A stretch of 64,000 nt of DNA from a candidate division WOR-3 bacterium. GTDB lineage: Bacteria > Hydrothermota > UBA3072. The translations under genes were made by a program, and so were the position numbers. Shown piece after piece: positions 37,447 to 47,579 of this stretch (the stretch's first letter is position 1; every line of letters begins with the position of its first letter). The notes below the pieces were generated by a model. It did not search any database. It saw only the letters and a program-made list of their open reading frames with translations, and had not been told where the DNA came from. The stretch covers positions 1,223 to 65,222 of the forward strand of contig JBDRZZ010000010.1 of the NCBI GenBank assembly GCA_039804165.1, in the 5' to 3' direction.

Positions 37447-39087
37447 ATGAAAAATAGAATATTAATCCTCATTTTTTTCTCCTTTCCTTTTTATGCTGAA
37501 TTAATTAAATTCTCAGGTTATACCACTTTATATGGAGAATATAATGATATAAATGGAGACACTCTAATTGAACCCACTACACAAATGAGATTCTTTCTCA
37601 ATCCAACAATATCAATCGCAGAAATGCCCATTTCTTTCGAACTATGTTTAAGCTCTTTAGAATCAAAAGCTCGTCAAGCTTTAAATAAATATAGAATAAG
37701 TATCCAACCCGAAAAACTATTAAAAGAAAAGGCCAACCTTCCAAGTTTTATATTTTCTATCTCTAACATTGAATTTGGAACCTGTTATCCATATTTTTCT
37801 TCTCTTACTCTCTCTGGGATTCCTCTAACTGGAGGTGTGTTTGAACTAAATCCAGGAATTTTCCATCTTGAAGGTGCAAAGGGAACTATACAAAGAGGTG
37901 TAACTGGGTCTGATTCAACCTTTACAGAATACGCTTATGAAAGAAGTATGTTTGCCTTTACGCTTGGATTAGGTAGGAAAGAAAACTCCCATTTACATTT
38001 TATTTTTCTTCATGGAATTGATGATACAAATTCTGTTTCTCCTTATTTTATTCCTTTAGGAAGTGATACGGATAGTGTAGAGGTTTTAAAACCAATGGAG
38101 AATTACCTCCTTGGAGCTCTTCTAAAACTTTCTTTCTTCAATAATAAGTTCAATATAGAATCAGAATTTGTAGGCAGTGAACTTGTAAGGGACATAAGGA
38201 CTCCAGAGCTCCCTTCTTCTGAAATCCCCTCTTTTATTAAGAATCTCTTGCATCCGAAAATCAGTAGCTCTTTTGACTTAGCTTTTCTAATAAATTCCTC
38301 TCTAACCATTTACAATACAGAAATTAGTGGTTCACTCACTCTTGTAGGACCAGGTTTCTTTTCTTTTGGAAATCCATATCAAAGAAATGACCTTTTGTCC
38401 TACAAAGGAGGCTTAAAACAAAATCTATTTAACAACACCCTATTTTTATTCGCCTCTCTTTCAAAAGAAAAAGACAATCTAATTGGAATAAAAGGTTCAA
38501 CAACTGCTTTCCAAACGCACGAATTAGGAATTGGTTTCAATTTTTCTGATTTTCCTTCTATCCAGTTTAGTTATAGCCCTTATAGTGAAAAAAATGATTC
38601 TATTAATTTAGATAGAAAGTGTGATATGTTTTCCATAAATACAGGATACAATTATAATTTTATGAATTTAAACAACAACACCACTCTCTTCCTCTCTTAT
38701 CAAAATTACGAAGACACTAATGATTCTTCAAATTATTCAGGCAAAGCTATTTCTCTTTATCATGACATCAGTTTTATAAAACCCTTAACAATTTCTTTTG
38801 AGATTGACTTCTCAGAAACAAATTATCCTGATACAGTAGAAAAAACTTTATCTCTTGACTTTGGAACCTATTACACTTTCCTTGAAAAATTAACAAATGG
38901 AATTGGAGTTAATATCTCTAAGGAAAAAGAAACTTCTAAAAAGGGTTTATATTTAAACTCCTCTCTATCTACCAAATTTCTTGGAAATTTAACCTTGGAG
39001 GTAGAAAGAAATTTTTATTCCGGAAAGCTTGAAAAAGAAAATTATGATGAATGGCGAATAATTGGAAGTGCCTCAAGAAAATGGTAA
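37447..39087 (+). CDS. Predicted outer-membrane beta-barrel protein
   Basis: Signal peptide MKNRILILIFFSFPFYA; alternating amphipathic beta-strand pattern throughout; C-terminal aromatic (…RKW). Confidence 0.45.
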   Translation: MKNRILILIFFSFPFYAELIKFSGYTTLYGEYNDINGDTLIEPTTQMRFFLNPTISIAEMPISFELCLSSLESKARQALNKYRISIQPEKLLKEKANLPSFIFSISNIEFGTCYPYFSSLTLSGIPLTGGVFELNPGIFHLEGAKGTIQRGVTGSDSTFTEYAYERSMFAFTLGLGRKENSHLHFIFLHGIDDTNSVSPYFIPLGSDTDSVEVLKPMENYLLGALLKLSFFNNKFNIESEFVGSELVRDIRTPELPSSEIPSFIKNLLHPKISSSFDLAFLINSSLTIYNTEISGSLTLVGPGFFSFGNPYQRNDLLSYKGGLKQNLFNNTLFLFASLSKEKDNLIGIKGSTTAFQTHELGIGFNFSDFPSIQFSYSPYSEKNDSINLDRKCDMFSINTGYNYNFMNLNNNTTLFLSYQNYEDTNDSSNYSGKAISLYHDISFIKPLTISFEIDFSETNYPDTVEKTLSLDFGTYYTFLEKLTNGIGVNISKEKETSKKGLYLNSSLSTKFLGNLTLEVERNFYSGKLEKENYDEWRIIGSASRKW

Positions 39088-39091
39088 AATA

Positions 39092-39844
39092 ATGAGAAGG
39101 AAGAAAATCCTAATAATAGAAGACGATTACGACCTTTCTGCCTTAATGATAAGACACCTTCGTTCAGCCAATTATGATGTTTTTAATGTGAGTGATGTAA
39201 TTCAAGGCGTTCAGATTGCAAGAAAAGAAAAACCTGACTTAATCGTTCTTGATTTAATGATTCCGGGAGGTGGAGGAATCACTGTGTTAGAAAGATTAAG
39301 TAGACTCCCCGAAACGCAAAATATACCAGTTATAGTGCTTACAGGGGTAGAAGATCCTGAAATAAAAGAAAGAGCTCTTAAAGCTGGAGCAAAGGAATAC
39401 ATAGAAAAGCCATATAATGCTCAAAAGCTTCTTAAAAGTATAGAAGAAAATATTAAAGAAGAAGAAAAAATAATTGAGGGTAGTTCAGGCCATATATTAA
39501 TAGTGGATGATGATAAAGATTTCACAAAAAAACTATCCATAGATTTACAGAAAGCCAATTACAAAACTACCATTGCTTATGATGTTGATCAAGGTCTAAA
39601 GATCGCAAGAGAGGAAAAACCAGACTTAATAATTCTTGATATATTAATCCCTGGTGGAGGTGGATTTACCTTTTTAAAAACCTTAAGAAGTATCATTTAT
39701 ACTCAAAACATCCCTGTTATTGTGCTCACTGCTGTAAAAGACGAAGAATATAAAAAGAAAATGATAGAGGCGGGTGTAAAATATTACATTGAAAAGCCTT
39801 ACGACTTAAATATTTTACTAAATGCAATTGAAGTTGCTATTTAA
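39092..39844 (+). CDS. Stand-alone tandem receiver protein (two CheY-like REC domains, no output domain)
   Basis: Two complete REC modules, each with DD pair (EDDYD/DDDKD), phospho-acceptor Asp (LIVLDLMIP / LIILDILIP), T (VLTG/VLTA) and K (EKPY); alternative upstream start at 39062. Confidence 0.75.
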   Translation: MRRKKILIIEDDYDLSALMIRHLRSANYDVFNVSDVIQGVQIARKEKPDLIVLDLMIPGGGGITVLERLSRLPETQNIPVIVLTGVEDPEIKERALKAGAKEYIEKPYNAQKLLKSIEENIKEEEKIIEGSSGHILIVDDDKDFTKKLSIDLQKANYKTTIAYDVDQGLKIAREEKPDLIILDILIPGGGGFTFLKTLRSIIYTQNIPVIVLTAVKDEEYKKKMIEAGVKYYIEKPYDLNILLNAIEVAI

Positions 39845-40640
39845 GTTTTAATAATTCTATTAAAGCTTTTGCATTCTCATACATTTGGTAATTATTAAAC
39901 ATACAATAAATTCTTTCTTTTTTATTTAAAAGAGTTTCAAGTTTCTCAGCTAAAATCTCTATTTCTTCTTTTTTATAATTATAATTGTAGTTATACTTAT
40001 TCTTATTTAACCCATGAAGTCTTATATATCCAATTGGATGATTAGAAAGAGGTTCCTCTCTCATAATATCTACTATATGAATAATGTTAAGAGAATCACA
40101 GATATACTTTATCTTTTCAGGAAATTTTTCCCAAGATCCTCTTGGTTCCCAAGCTATCTCAAAATTTCCTCTTGTTATTCCATCAAAAAATTCCATTATA
40201 TTTTTTTCATTCTCCTCAGAATAACCAAAGCTTATAGGTGTTTGGATCACACAAACTTTAATCTTTAATGCTTCTCCAACTTCTTTTATCTTTTCCCAAG
40301 CCTTAAATATCTCTTGATTCGGTCTTAGATATCCAAAACTTTCCCTTTCTTTATCAGTTAAATTCCCCTTAAAACTTCTCCAGGTAGGGCTACTAAGGGG
40401 ATGAGTTATTGCTTGCCAAGACTTCATAGTAAACTCAAAATCTTTCGGGACTTCTTCCCTCCATTTAATTGCTGTCTCTACCTTAGGGAGTTTATAAAAA
40501 GTTTCATTTAATTCTAAAGAAGGGAAAATATAAGAATAAGCCCTTAATTTACTACCATATTTTTCCTTCCAGTTTTCCTCGGGTTTATACCTTGTATAAC
40601 CACAGGTTCCAATTATAATTCTTCTTAAAAGACTCCTCAT
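39837..40640 (-). CDS. DUF72 (YecE-like) family protein
   Basis: IGTCGYTRYKPEENW...FPSLELNETFYKLP...FEFTMKSWQAITH matches the DUF72 N-terminal pattern. Confidence 0.65.
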   Translation of the reverse strand: MRSLLRRIIIGTCGYTRYKPEENWKEKYGSKLRAYSYIFPSLELNETFYKLPKVETAIKWREEVPKDFEFTMKSWQAITHPLSSPTWRSFKGNLTDKERESFGYLRPNQEIFKAWEKIKEVGEALKIKVCVIQTPISFGYSEENEKNIMEFFDGITRGNFEIAWEPRGSWEKFPEKIKYICDSLNIIHIVDIMREEPLSNHPIGYIRLHGLNKNKYNYNYNYKKEEIEILAEKLETLLNKKERIYCMFNNYQMYENAKALIELLKLK

Positions 40641-41173
40641 TTTACTCTAAAATTATTTTTCATCTCCAAAAACTTTTTCTTACACTTCATAGCAAATTCT
40701 AGAAAAATTTCACTCTGATAATCAGGATATGTCCAAGCTTGGGGCTGAAAACCAGTCCCTTTATAAATTAGTGTAACCTCAGCAAAAACTCCTTCTCCAA
40801 GATAAATCCTATGAGAAAAATTTTTTGTCGTCACAAGAACAACCCTATTATCACAGATTCCCCCCGGATCACAATTTACAGTTCTCTTATCCCCTACACA
40901 AAGACTTTTTTCCCAAAAAAGAGTTTTATGTTTTATCTTTACCAACTCATTTTCTGGTATCACCTTCTCAATAGAAACCCATTTCCTCCTTAAAGAATCT
41001 CCCATTTCATCTTTATAGTAATCTGTAAAATTAAAAGGAATTTCAGGGCTCTGAATATCTATTTTCCCTATTTTACTTATTTCGTTTAAAACAAAAGAAA
41101 GCCCTTCTTGCTCTTTATATATAATTCCAAAAAATATTTTTGTTAGGGGAGGAAAAACCGGATTATTATCCAT
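40637..41173 (-). CDS. Conserved hypothetical protein (start adjusted to MDNNPVFPP...)
   Basis: ORF with FNFTDYYKDEMG motif, no family I can name confidently; tool ORF start overlaps pilD. Confidence 0.35.
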   Translation of the reverse strand: MDNNPVFPPLTKIFFGIIYKEQEGLSFVLNEISKIGKIDIQSPEIPFNFTDYYKDEMGDSLRRKWVSIEKVIPENELVKIKHKTLFWEKSLCVGDKRTVNCDPGGICDNRVVLVTTKNFSHRIYLGEGVFAEVTLIYKGTGFQPQAWTYPDYQSEIFLEFAMKCKKKFLEMKNNFRVK

Positions 41174-41901
41174 TCTCCATAGAAAAAGATAATAACACCA
41201 CCGATCGCCAAAAAAGGACCATAAGGAATCTGAGACTTTATTGAAAGTTTCCTTCTCCTTATTTGAATTAATCCATAAATAGAACCTAACAAAGCACTCA
41301 CCATAACTACAAGAAGTAGTCCAGCCCATCCAAGAAAAGCTCCTATTAAAGCAGCAAGCTTCAAATCTCCAAAACCCATAACATCCTGTTTGTATACAAG
41401 CTTACCAAAAGTTATTATTATCAAAATAATTATAGCTCCTAAAATAGCCCCTAAAAAAGAAATAAAAGCTATTCCCCGAAAAATAGAAAGAATTAGCCCA
41501 ATCACAATCCCGGAAATAGAAAGGGAATCAGGGATAAGAGTTGTTTTAAGGTCAATAAAAGAGATTGGAATAAGCAAAGATATAAAAACAAGAAAAGTAA
41601 ATAGTTCAAGGGATATTCCAAGACGAAAATAGCTATAAAGAAAAAAGAAAGCACTCAATATCTCTACCAAAAGATACGTAATAGGGATATCAAATTTACA
41701 ATTTCTACACTTTCCATTAAGAATAACATAACTTAAAATAGGAAGATTATCTCGCCACCGTATCTTTTCTCCGCAGTTAGGACAATGAGAAGGAGGATTT
41801 ATTAAAGAAATCCCTTTTGGTAACCTATATATAATTACATTAAAAAAACTCCCAAAAGCCGCACCAAGAGAAAAAAAGAATATCCCTAAAAGAATTTTCA
41901 T
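41143..41901 (-). CDS. pilD: Prepilin peptidase (A24 family; type IV pilin/pseudopilin leader peptidase)
   Basis: N-terminal CPNC...CRNC zinc ribbon; [18 protein letters not shown] catalytic-Asp region. Confidence 0.8.
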   Translation of the reverse strand: MKILLGIFFFSLGAAFGSFFNVIIYRLPKGISLINPPSHCPNCGEKIRWRDNLPILSYVILNGKCRNCKFDIPITYLLVEILSAFFFLYSYFRLGISLELFTFLVFISLLIPISFIDLKTTLIPDSLSISGIVIGLILSIFRGIAFISFLGAILGAIIILIIITFGKLVYKQDVMGFGDLKLAALIGAFLGWAGLLLVVMVSALLGSIYGLIQIRRRKLSIKSQIPYGPFLAIGGVIIFFYGEWIIIRFFLP

Positions 41902-43739
41902 TTCACTATTTTTGCTTCTTCCTTTTTACTCTTTTTCCTTCTTTGAATATAAAACATTAAAGCCTGCATATCTGTGGGTTTAACTCCGGAAATCCTAAAA
42001 GCCTGCCCAAGGGTCTCAGGTCTAATTAAAGAAAGCTTCTCAACACTTTCAGTGCAAATTCCATGAATTTCAGCATAATTAATATCTAAAGGAATTCTGA
42101 CATTTTCCATTTTTTTAAATTCTTCTATTTTCCTTTCCAACCTTTGTATATATCCATCGTATCTTATGTTTACCTTAACAGTTTCCCTAATATTTTCATC
42201 AATTTTTATATTCAAAACTTTTTCTAACTCTTCAAGTTCTGTTCTCTTTAAGAGACAGAAAGCTGTCGTTGGTTTCCTTATAGCTGGAAATTCCTTTGGA
42301 GTAACAACTCTTTTTTTAAGGAATTTTTCTGTTTCCTCTATTTTCCTTTTTCTTTCTATAACCTCTTCATATCTTTCTTTACTCAAAAGTCCAAGTTCAT
42401 ATCCATATTTGCTAAGCCTAAGATCGGCATTATCTTGTCTAAGAATCAAACGATATTCCGCTCTTGAGGTAAACATTCTATAAGGCTCTTCAGTGCCCTT
42501 AGTTACAAGATCATCTATAAGAACCCCTATATAAGCTTCGTCTCTCCTAAGAACTAAAGGGGGTCTACCTTCTATTCTACAAGTAGCATTTATCCCTGCA
42601 ATTATTCCTTGAGCAGCAGCTTCTTCATATCCTGAAGTCCCGTTTATTTGTCCTGCAAGAAATAATCCATCTATTATTTTTGTCTCAAGAGAAGCCTTAA
42701 GTTGGGTTGGATAAACAAAATCATATTCAATTGCATAACCTGGTTTTAAGATTTCAACATTTTCGAGCCCTGGAATTGTTCTTAAAAATTTCTCTTGAAT
42801 CTCAAGAGGCAAAGAGGAGGAAACTCCATTTAAATAAACCTCATAAGTATCTAAACCATCTGGTTCTACAAAAACATGGTGATGTTCTTTCTCTGGAAAT
42901 TTCAAAACCTTTGTTTCAATAGAAGGACAATATCTTGGTTCTTTCCCCACAATTCTTCCTTGAACAAGAGGAGAATATTTTAAATTTTCTCTAACAATTT
43001 TATGAGTATTTTCATTTGTCCAAGTAAGATAGCAGGGAACATTTGGAGGATTAAAATTTTTGGTTCTATAAGAGAAATGAAGAGGAGCTTCATCCCCAGG
43101 CTCGGGGGTCATCTTAGAAATATCAATACTCCTCATATCCACTCTTGCTGAGGTTCCGGTTTTCAAGCGACCTAGTTGAAAACCTGCTTTCCTTAAAGAA
43201 TCTGACAGCCCCAAAGAAGGAGGTTCTCCAAGCCTTCCGGAAGGGAAAGATTCCAACCCTATATGAATAAGACCAGATAGAAATGTCCCTGTTGTAAGAA
43301 TCACTGTTTTTCCAAGAAATTCTTTCCCATTAGATGTTCTTACCCCTCTAATCTTTTTTCCTTCTAAAATTAAATCTGTAACCTCACCTTCAACCACTTC
43401 TAACTCTTCCATTACTCTCCTTTTTATTGTCTCTCTATACAATTTACGGTCGCTCTGGGCTCTTAAAGCCCAAATAGCAGGGCCTTTTTTTGCGTTCAAT
43501 AATTTAAACTGTATTCCAGTTAAATCAGTATTGTAACCCATTTCCCCTCCCAAAGAATCAACCTCAAACACAAGTTGAGATTTAGCTCCTCCCCCCACAG
43601 ATGGATTACAAGACATCTGTCCAATAAACTCTTTATTTATTGTAATAAGTAGACAACCAAAACCCCTTCTTGAAGCAACAAGCCCTGCTTCTATTCCAGC
43701 GTGTCCTCCTCCTACTACTATAACGTCAAACTCTTCCAA
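41898..43739 (-). CDS. mnmG: tRNA uridine-5-carboxymethylaminomethyl modification enzyme MnmG (GidA)
   Basis: FAD-binding [14 protein letters not shown], full-length GidA architecture. Confidence 0.9.
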   Translation of the reverse strand: MEEFDVIVVGGGHAGIEAGLVASRRGFGCLLITINKEFIGQMSCNPSVGGGAKSQLVFEVDSLGGEMGYNTDLTGIQFKLLNAKKGPAIWALRAQSDRKLYRETIKRRVMEELEVVEGEVTDLILEGKKIRGVRTSNGKEFLGKTVILTTGTFLSGLIHIGLESFPSGRLGEPPSLGLSDSLRKAGFQLGRLKTGTSARVDMRSIDISKMTPEPGDEAPLHFSYRTKNFNPPNVPCYLTWTNENTHKIVRENLKYSPLVQGRIVGKEPRYCPSIETKVLKFPEKEHHHVFVEPDGLDTYEVYLNGVSSSLPLEIQEKFLRTIPGLENVEILKPGYAIEYDFVYPTQLKASLETKIIDGLFLAGQINGTSGYEEAAAQGIIAGINATCRIEGRPPLVLRRDEAYIGVLIDDLVTKGTEEPYRMFTSRAEYRLILRQDNADLRLSKYGYELGLLSKERYEEVIERKRKIEETEKFLKKRVVTPKEFPAIRKPTTAFCLLKRTELEELEKVLNIKIDENIRETVKVNIRYDGYIQRLERKIEEFKKMENVRIPLDINYAEIHGICTESVEKLSLIRPETLGQAFRISGVKPTDMQALMFYIQRRKKSKKEEAKIVK

Positions 43740-43782
43740 CTTATCTCCTTTTGAAACTAAAAATAACCACAGTCAAAGCAAA

Positions 43783-45663
43783 CTAAATATAAGAAATTTT
43801 ACCGCCCTTTTTCTTCTCAATGGATTCGCTTTTCTTCCCAACTTCTTCCACCTCGCCAGATAAAACCGAATCCCATAAATTAGCCCCTTCTTCTGAAAGC
43901 TCCTCCCCCAAAGAAAAAGCTAATTCTTCTTCCACTTCCTCCCCATTCATTTTCCTACTAATAAGTTCAATTTTCTTTTTAGCATTTACAAATTCAGGAT
44001 CTATCTCAACAGACTTTTTATAATTAATAAGAGCCTCTTCATATTTATCTTCTTTAGCGTATAAATTCCCAAGATGATAATAAAACGCCGCTTTTTCATC
44101 CTCCCTAAAATTATCAGTATTTACAACAATCTTATAAACATTCTTAGCCTTTTCATTCTCTCCTAATAGCTCATGACAAAGACCCAACATCTCAAGAGAC
44201 TTTAATCTCCAAGTTCTTTCTTTCATCGCTTTCTTAAATTCTTCCATTGCTTCTTCTATAAGACCCATTTCTTTATAAGTAATTCCAAGGTTAAAATGAG
44301 CAGCATAATCAGTAATATCCAATTCCTCTTTTGCTTTCTTCTTAAATTCCTCTAACAAAACCTCAAAAGGAACTCCCTTTTCTTCCCCTTCTTCCTCTAA
44401 AAAGATTTCTTCTTTTACCTCTTCTTTAAACAAATTATCAAAATCAATCTTTCCTTTTACTTCTTGTGATACTTCTTCTCGAATCCCTCTAAGGGCATTT
44501 GGATCTATCTTCTCTATTTTATCTAAGATTTTCTCAGCTTCAAGATGAGCTTCCTTTTTCTTCAAACATTCATAAAGAGCAAAATATCCTTCGATCGTTT
44601 TTTCCTTATCGTTTAACTTTAAAGCACTTTGAACCATCTTTTGTCTAAAGATTATGCTCAAAGGTTCTAACTCTGCTATCTTTTTGTATATATTATAAGC
44701 TTCCTCATAAACCCCTTTATTAAAACTAAACTCTGCAGCTTTATTATAATACTCCAAAGCTTCCTCTTTAGCTCCCACAGATTCATAAAGCTCTGCAAGA
44801 CTAATCCAGTCTTCCCAACCAGAAACAGTTACCTCTATCTCCTCCTTTGGAGAAATAGAAGTAACACTTTCTATTTCCTCCTTCATGTCTAATAAATCTG
44901 CAGCACTTTCAATAAAAGGTTCCACACTTTCATCTAAAACCAACTCTTCCTCAGGTTCCACAACAAGACCAATCCCCTCTTGTTCAAACTCTACTTTTAC
45001 TTCCTCTGGTATAACTGTCTTTTTATCTTCTAATATCTTAGTTTCCTTTACAGAACCCATCTTTGAGGACAGAGCCTTTATCTTAGATTCTATTCTCTCA
45101 ACATCCTCTACTCTTCCTTGTTCTTCATATATGTTTTTTACTTCCTCTAATTCTGAAAGAGCCTTATCATATTTATTCTTACTTTCATAAATTTCTACAA
45201 GTTTAAGCCTAATCCCTATCTTTTTAGGCATTATATTTACAATATGTTCAAGGCTTTCAAGAACCCCTTCAAAATCCCCTTCTTTTTTATACAACTCAGC
45301 TAACTCTTCATACGCTAGGACTGCATCTCCTATAAGACCTTGTTTTTCATAAAGAAAAGCAAGCTCTTGTTTAACTAATAATTCGTCTTCTCCAAATCTT
45401 GAAAGCATTTGAGCTAAAGCAGTTGCATTCTCATAATATTCCAATTCCTTATACCTTTCTAAGGCTTTCCAAAAATAGTCCTTTGCCTTCTTTTTATTTC
45501 CTAATCTACTATAAAGAGTGCCCAATTCCTTAGCATTATTGGCATCATTTGGATCTAATTCATAAACGTTCTCCAGATATTCTACTGCTTTTTGATAATC
45601 ACCTTTAAGTTTTGCCTTATTTGCTTCGTTTTTTAAAGCCGCTATTTTAGTATCTTTTAGCAT
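43783..45663 (-). CDS. TPR-repeat protein (MshN-like partner of the ExeA/MshM-like ATPase)
   Basis: Multiple TPR-like helical repeats, acidic low-complexity linker; immediately downstream of the ExeA-like gene. Confidence 0.55.
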   Translation of the reverse strand: MLKDTKIAALKNEANKAKLKGDYQKAVEYLENVYELDPNDANNAKELGTLYSRLGNKKKAKDYFWKALERYKELEYYENATALAQMLSRFGEDELLVKQELAFLYEKQGLIGDAVLAYEELAELYKKEGDFEGVLESLEHIVNIMPKKIGIRLKLVEIYESKNKYDKALSELEEVKNIYEEQGRVEDVERIESKIKALSSKMGSVKETKILEDKKTVIPEEVKVEFEQEGIGLVVEPEEELVLDESVEPFIESAADLLDMKEEIESVTSISPKEEIEVTVSGWEDWISLAELYESVGAKEEALEYYNKAAEFSFNKGVYEEAYNIYKKIAELEPLSIIFRQKMVQSALKLNDKEKTIEGYFALYECLKKKEAHLEAEKILDKIEKIDPNALRGIREEVSQEVKGKIDFDNLFKEEVKEEIFLEEEGEEKGVPFEVLLEEFKKKAKEELDITDYAAHFNLGITYKEMGLIEEAMEEFKKAMKERTWRLKSLEMLGLCHELLGENEKAKNVYKIVVNTDNFREDEKAAFYYHLGNLYAKEDKYEEALINYKKSVEIDPEFVNAKKKIELISRKMNGEEVEEELAFSLGEELSEEGANLWDSVLSGEVEEVGKKSESIEKKKGGKISYI

Positions 45664-45665
45664 AG

Positions 45666-46487
45666 TTACCTATTAAGCATAAGTTCTTCGCCAACTCTTT
45701 TTATTATTGATTCCTCTATTATCTTTCTTCTTAGTAAAGCCCCTTCTAAAAGCGCATTATCACAAATTACATTAATTGACCTTGGAATACCCAAAGTAAA
45801 ATCATATATCAATTTATAAGCTTCCTCACTAAATATCTTACTTGTCGCTCCTGCTTGTTCCAATCTATAATTTATATAATCTATGGTTGAATTAAGAGTT
45901 AAAGGAGGTAGGCTAACAATCGCTCCGAGCCTTTGTCTAAAAGAAATATTGTCTTTTATTCTCTCATATATTTCTTTCATCCCACTCAAAATAATCGTGA
46001 GCAACCTAAACCCCTCCAATTCCAAATTTGAAAGACCCCTTATTTCTTCAATCACCTCTGGATTTGTAATATTATTAGCCTCATCAATAAGAATTACTGT
46101 TTTTTTATTGGTTTTCCTAAGCCTTCTTTCAAGTTCCCTAACCAATTTTGTTTTCATCTCCGTTCTATCTTCAGAACCAAATTCAAGACCAAGAATCTCT
46201 CCCAATTTTTTATCAAACCACTCAACAGAAAAATTCGGCTGAGTAATTGTCAAAATACTAACAAAAAACTCGGTATTCCCATCCAAATCTGCAAAAATTT
46301 TTCTTATAATAGTCGTCTTCCCACAACCCACATCCCCTGTTAATAAACCCAAAGCTCTATTTTTTCTTATAATATGAAGCAATTTAACAAGAGCTCTTGA
46401 ATGCTCAGGTCCATTATAGAAAAAACTTGGATCCGGAATATCACGAAAAGGTTCTTTATTTAACCCATAAAAAGATTCATAATTCAC
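45666..46487 (-). CDS. ExeA/GspA/MshM-like AAA ATPase (secretion/pilus-biogenesis accessory)
   Basis: YGLNKEPF...LLTGDVGCGKTT Walker A, ILIDEANN Walker B, ExeA-family length. Confidence 0.75.
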   Translation of the reverse strand: MNYESFYGLNKEPFRDIPDPSFFYNGPEHSRALVKLLHIIRKNRALGLLTGDVGCGKTTIIRKIFADLDGNTEFFVSILTITQPNFSVEWFDKKLGEILGLEFGSEDRTEMKTKLVRELERRLRKTNKKTVILIDEANNITNPEVIEEIRGLSNLELEGFRLLTIILSGMKEIYERIKDNISFRQRLGAIVSLPPLTLNSTIDYINYRLEQAGATSKIFSEEAYKLIYDFTLGIPRSINVICDNALLEGALLRRKIIEESIIKRVGEELMLNR

Positions 46488-46500
46488 TCTTTAAATCCCC

Positions 46501-47463
46501 TTATAGAAAAACAATTTTTTTCTCTTTAAATTCCCCCTCTTCAGGTTTAATGTCCCTTTCCACTTTTTCTCTTACAGTTACTCTTAAAGGAACCTTCTCT
46601 TCTCCTTTTTCCTCTTTCCTTACTTCTTTTGGAATACCCAAAAGTTCTCTTACATTCTTAAAATCCGGATCAATTTCATATATCTCTCTCAAAACAGATC
46701 TTGCCTCTTCTAACTTCCCAAAATTTCTAAAAGATTGAGATATAGAATACAATTCTTCTAATTTCTCTATTCCTTCTAACTCTCTTGCAAGAAAAAGAGA
46801 ACTCTCTAACGAGCCTCTCTCACGTAAAAGAGCCACAAGCAACCTCTTAGAGTTATGAGAACTATCTAACTCTAAAATCCTTCTATAATTAGATTCCGCC
46901 TCTTGAAGTAAATTCTCTTTATGAAAAGCCCTTGCAAGGGCGTATCTTAAATCTATTTCATAATCAGGTTGTGGCGGAATAAAACTCTTAAGTCTAGAAA
47001 GGATTTCTTCTTTTACATCTCTAAATACAAGTTTTTTTACACCTTCATCTTCTGGGTAATTTTCTCTAAGAATTTTTAAAACCTGCTCGGCAGACTCTCT
47101 ATTACCCAAAAGAACGTAAAACTCAAAAGCCTTCAAATAATTCTCTTTCGCCTCGTCCGGAGAACCAATTTCCCAGAGGAGAGTGCCCATTTCAAGAAAA
47201 GAATCCGCATCAAACTCTCCTTCTAAGATAAGTTGACTTGGCCAAATAACATTTTTTAATTCCATTGGAAGATCTTTTAAAATAGCCACAAGATCCTTTA
47301 CACTTCCTCCTTTTTCAAGAAATTCTTCAATATATCGCTTGGCTTCTTCAAAAAAACCCAAACTTCCATATCCTTTAACGATTTTAAGAATATCTTCAAG
47401 ATTTCCTCTTTTTTTATACTCCTTCAATGTCTTTACTATTAAATCAATATTTTCTTCCTTCAA
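46501..47463 (-). CDS. TPR-like helical repeat protein
   Basis: Repeated ~34-aa helical hairpins; operon position upstream of the ExeA-like gene. Confidence 0.5.
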   Translation of the reverse strand: MKEENIDLIVKTLKEYKKRGNLEDILKIVKGYGSLGFFEEAKRYIEEFLEKGGSVKDLVAILKDLPMELKNVIWPSQLILEGEFDADSFLEMGTLLWEIGSPDEAKENYLKAFEFYVLLGNRESAEQVLKILRENYPEDEGVKKLVFRDVKEEILSRLKSFIPPQPDYEIDLRYALARAFHKENLLQEAESNYRRILELDSSHNSKRLLVALLRERGSLESSLFLARELEGIEKLEELYSISQSFRNFGKLEEARSVLREIYEIDPDFKNVRELLGIPKEVRKEEKGEEKVPLRVTVREKVERDIKPEEGEFKEKKIVFL

Positions 47464-47579
47464 TAAAAACTCCTTTTTATTTTAAAATAAACAAAAACTA
47501 AAGAAAAGTCAAGAGTTTATGTCATTTAGTCTTAGAAACTCCTGTTGACAAATAGAACAGATTTAATAGAATTAATCTT

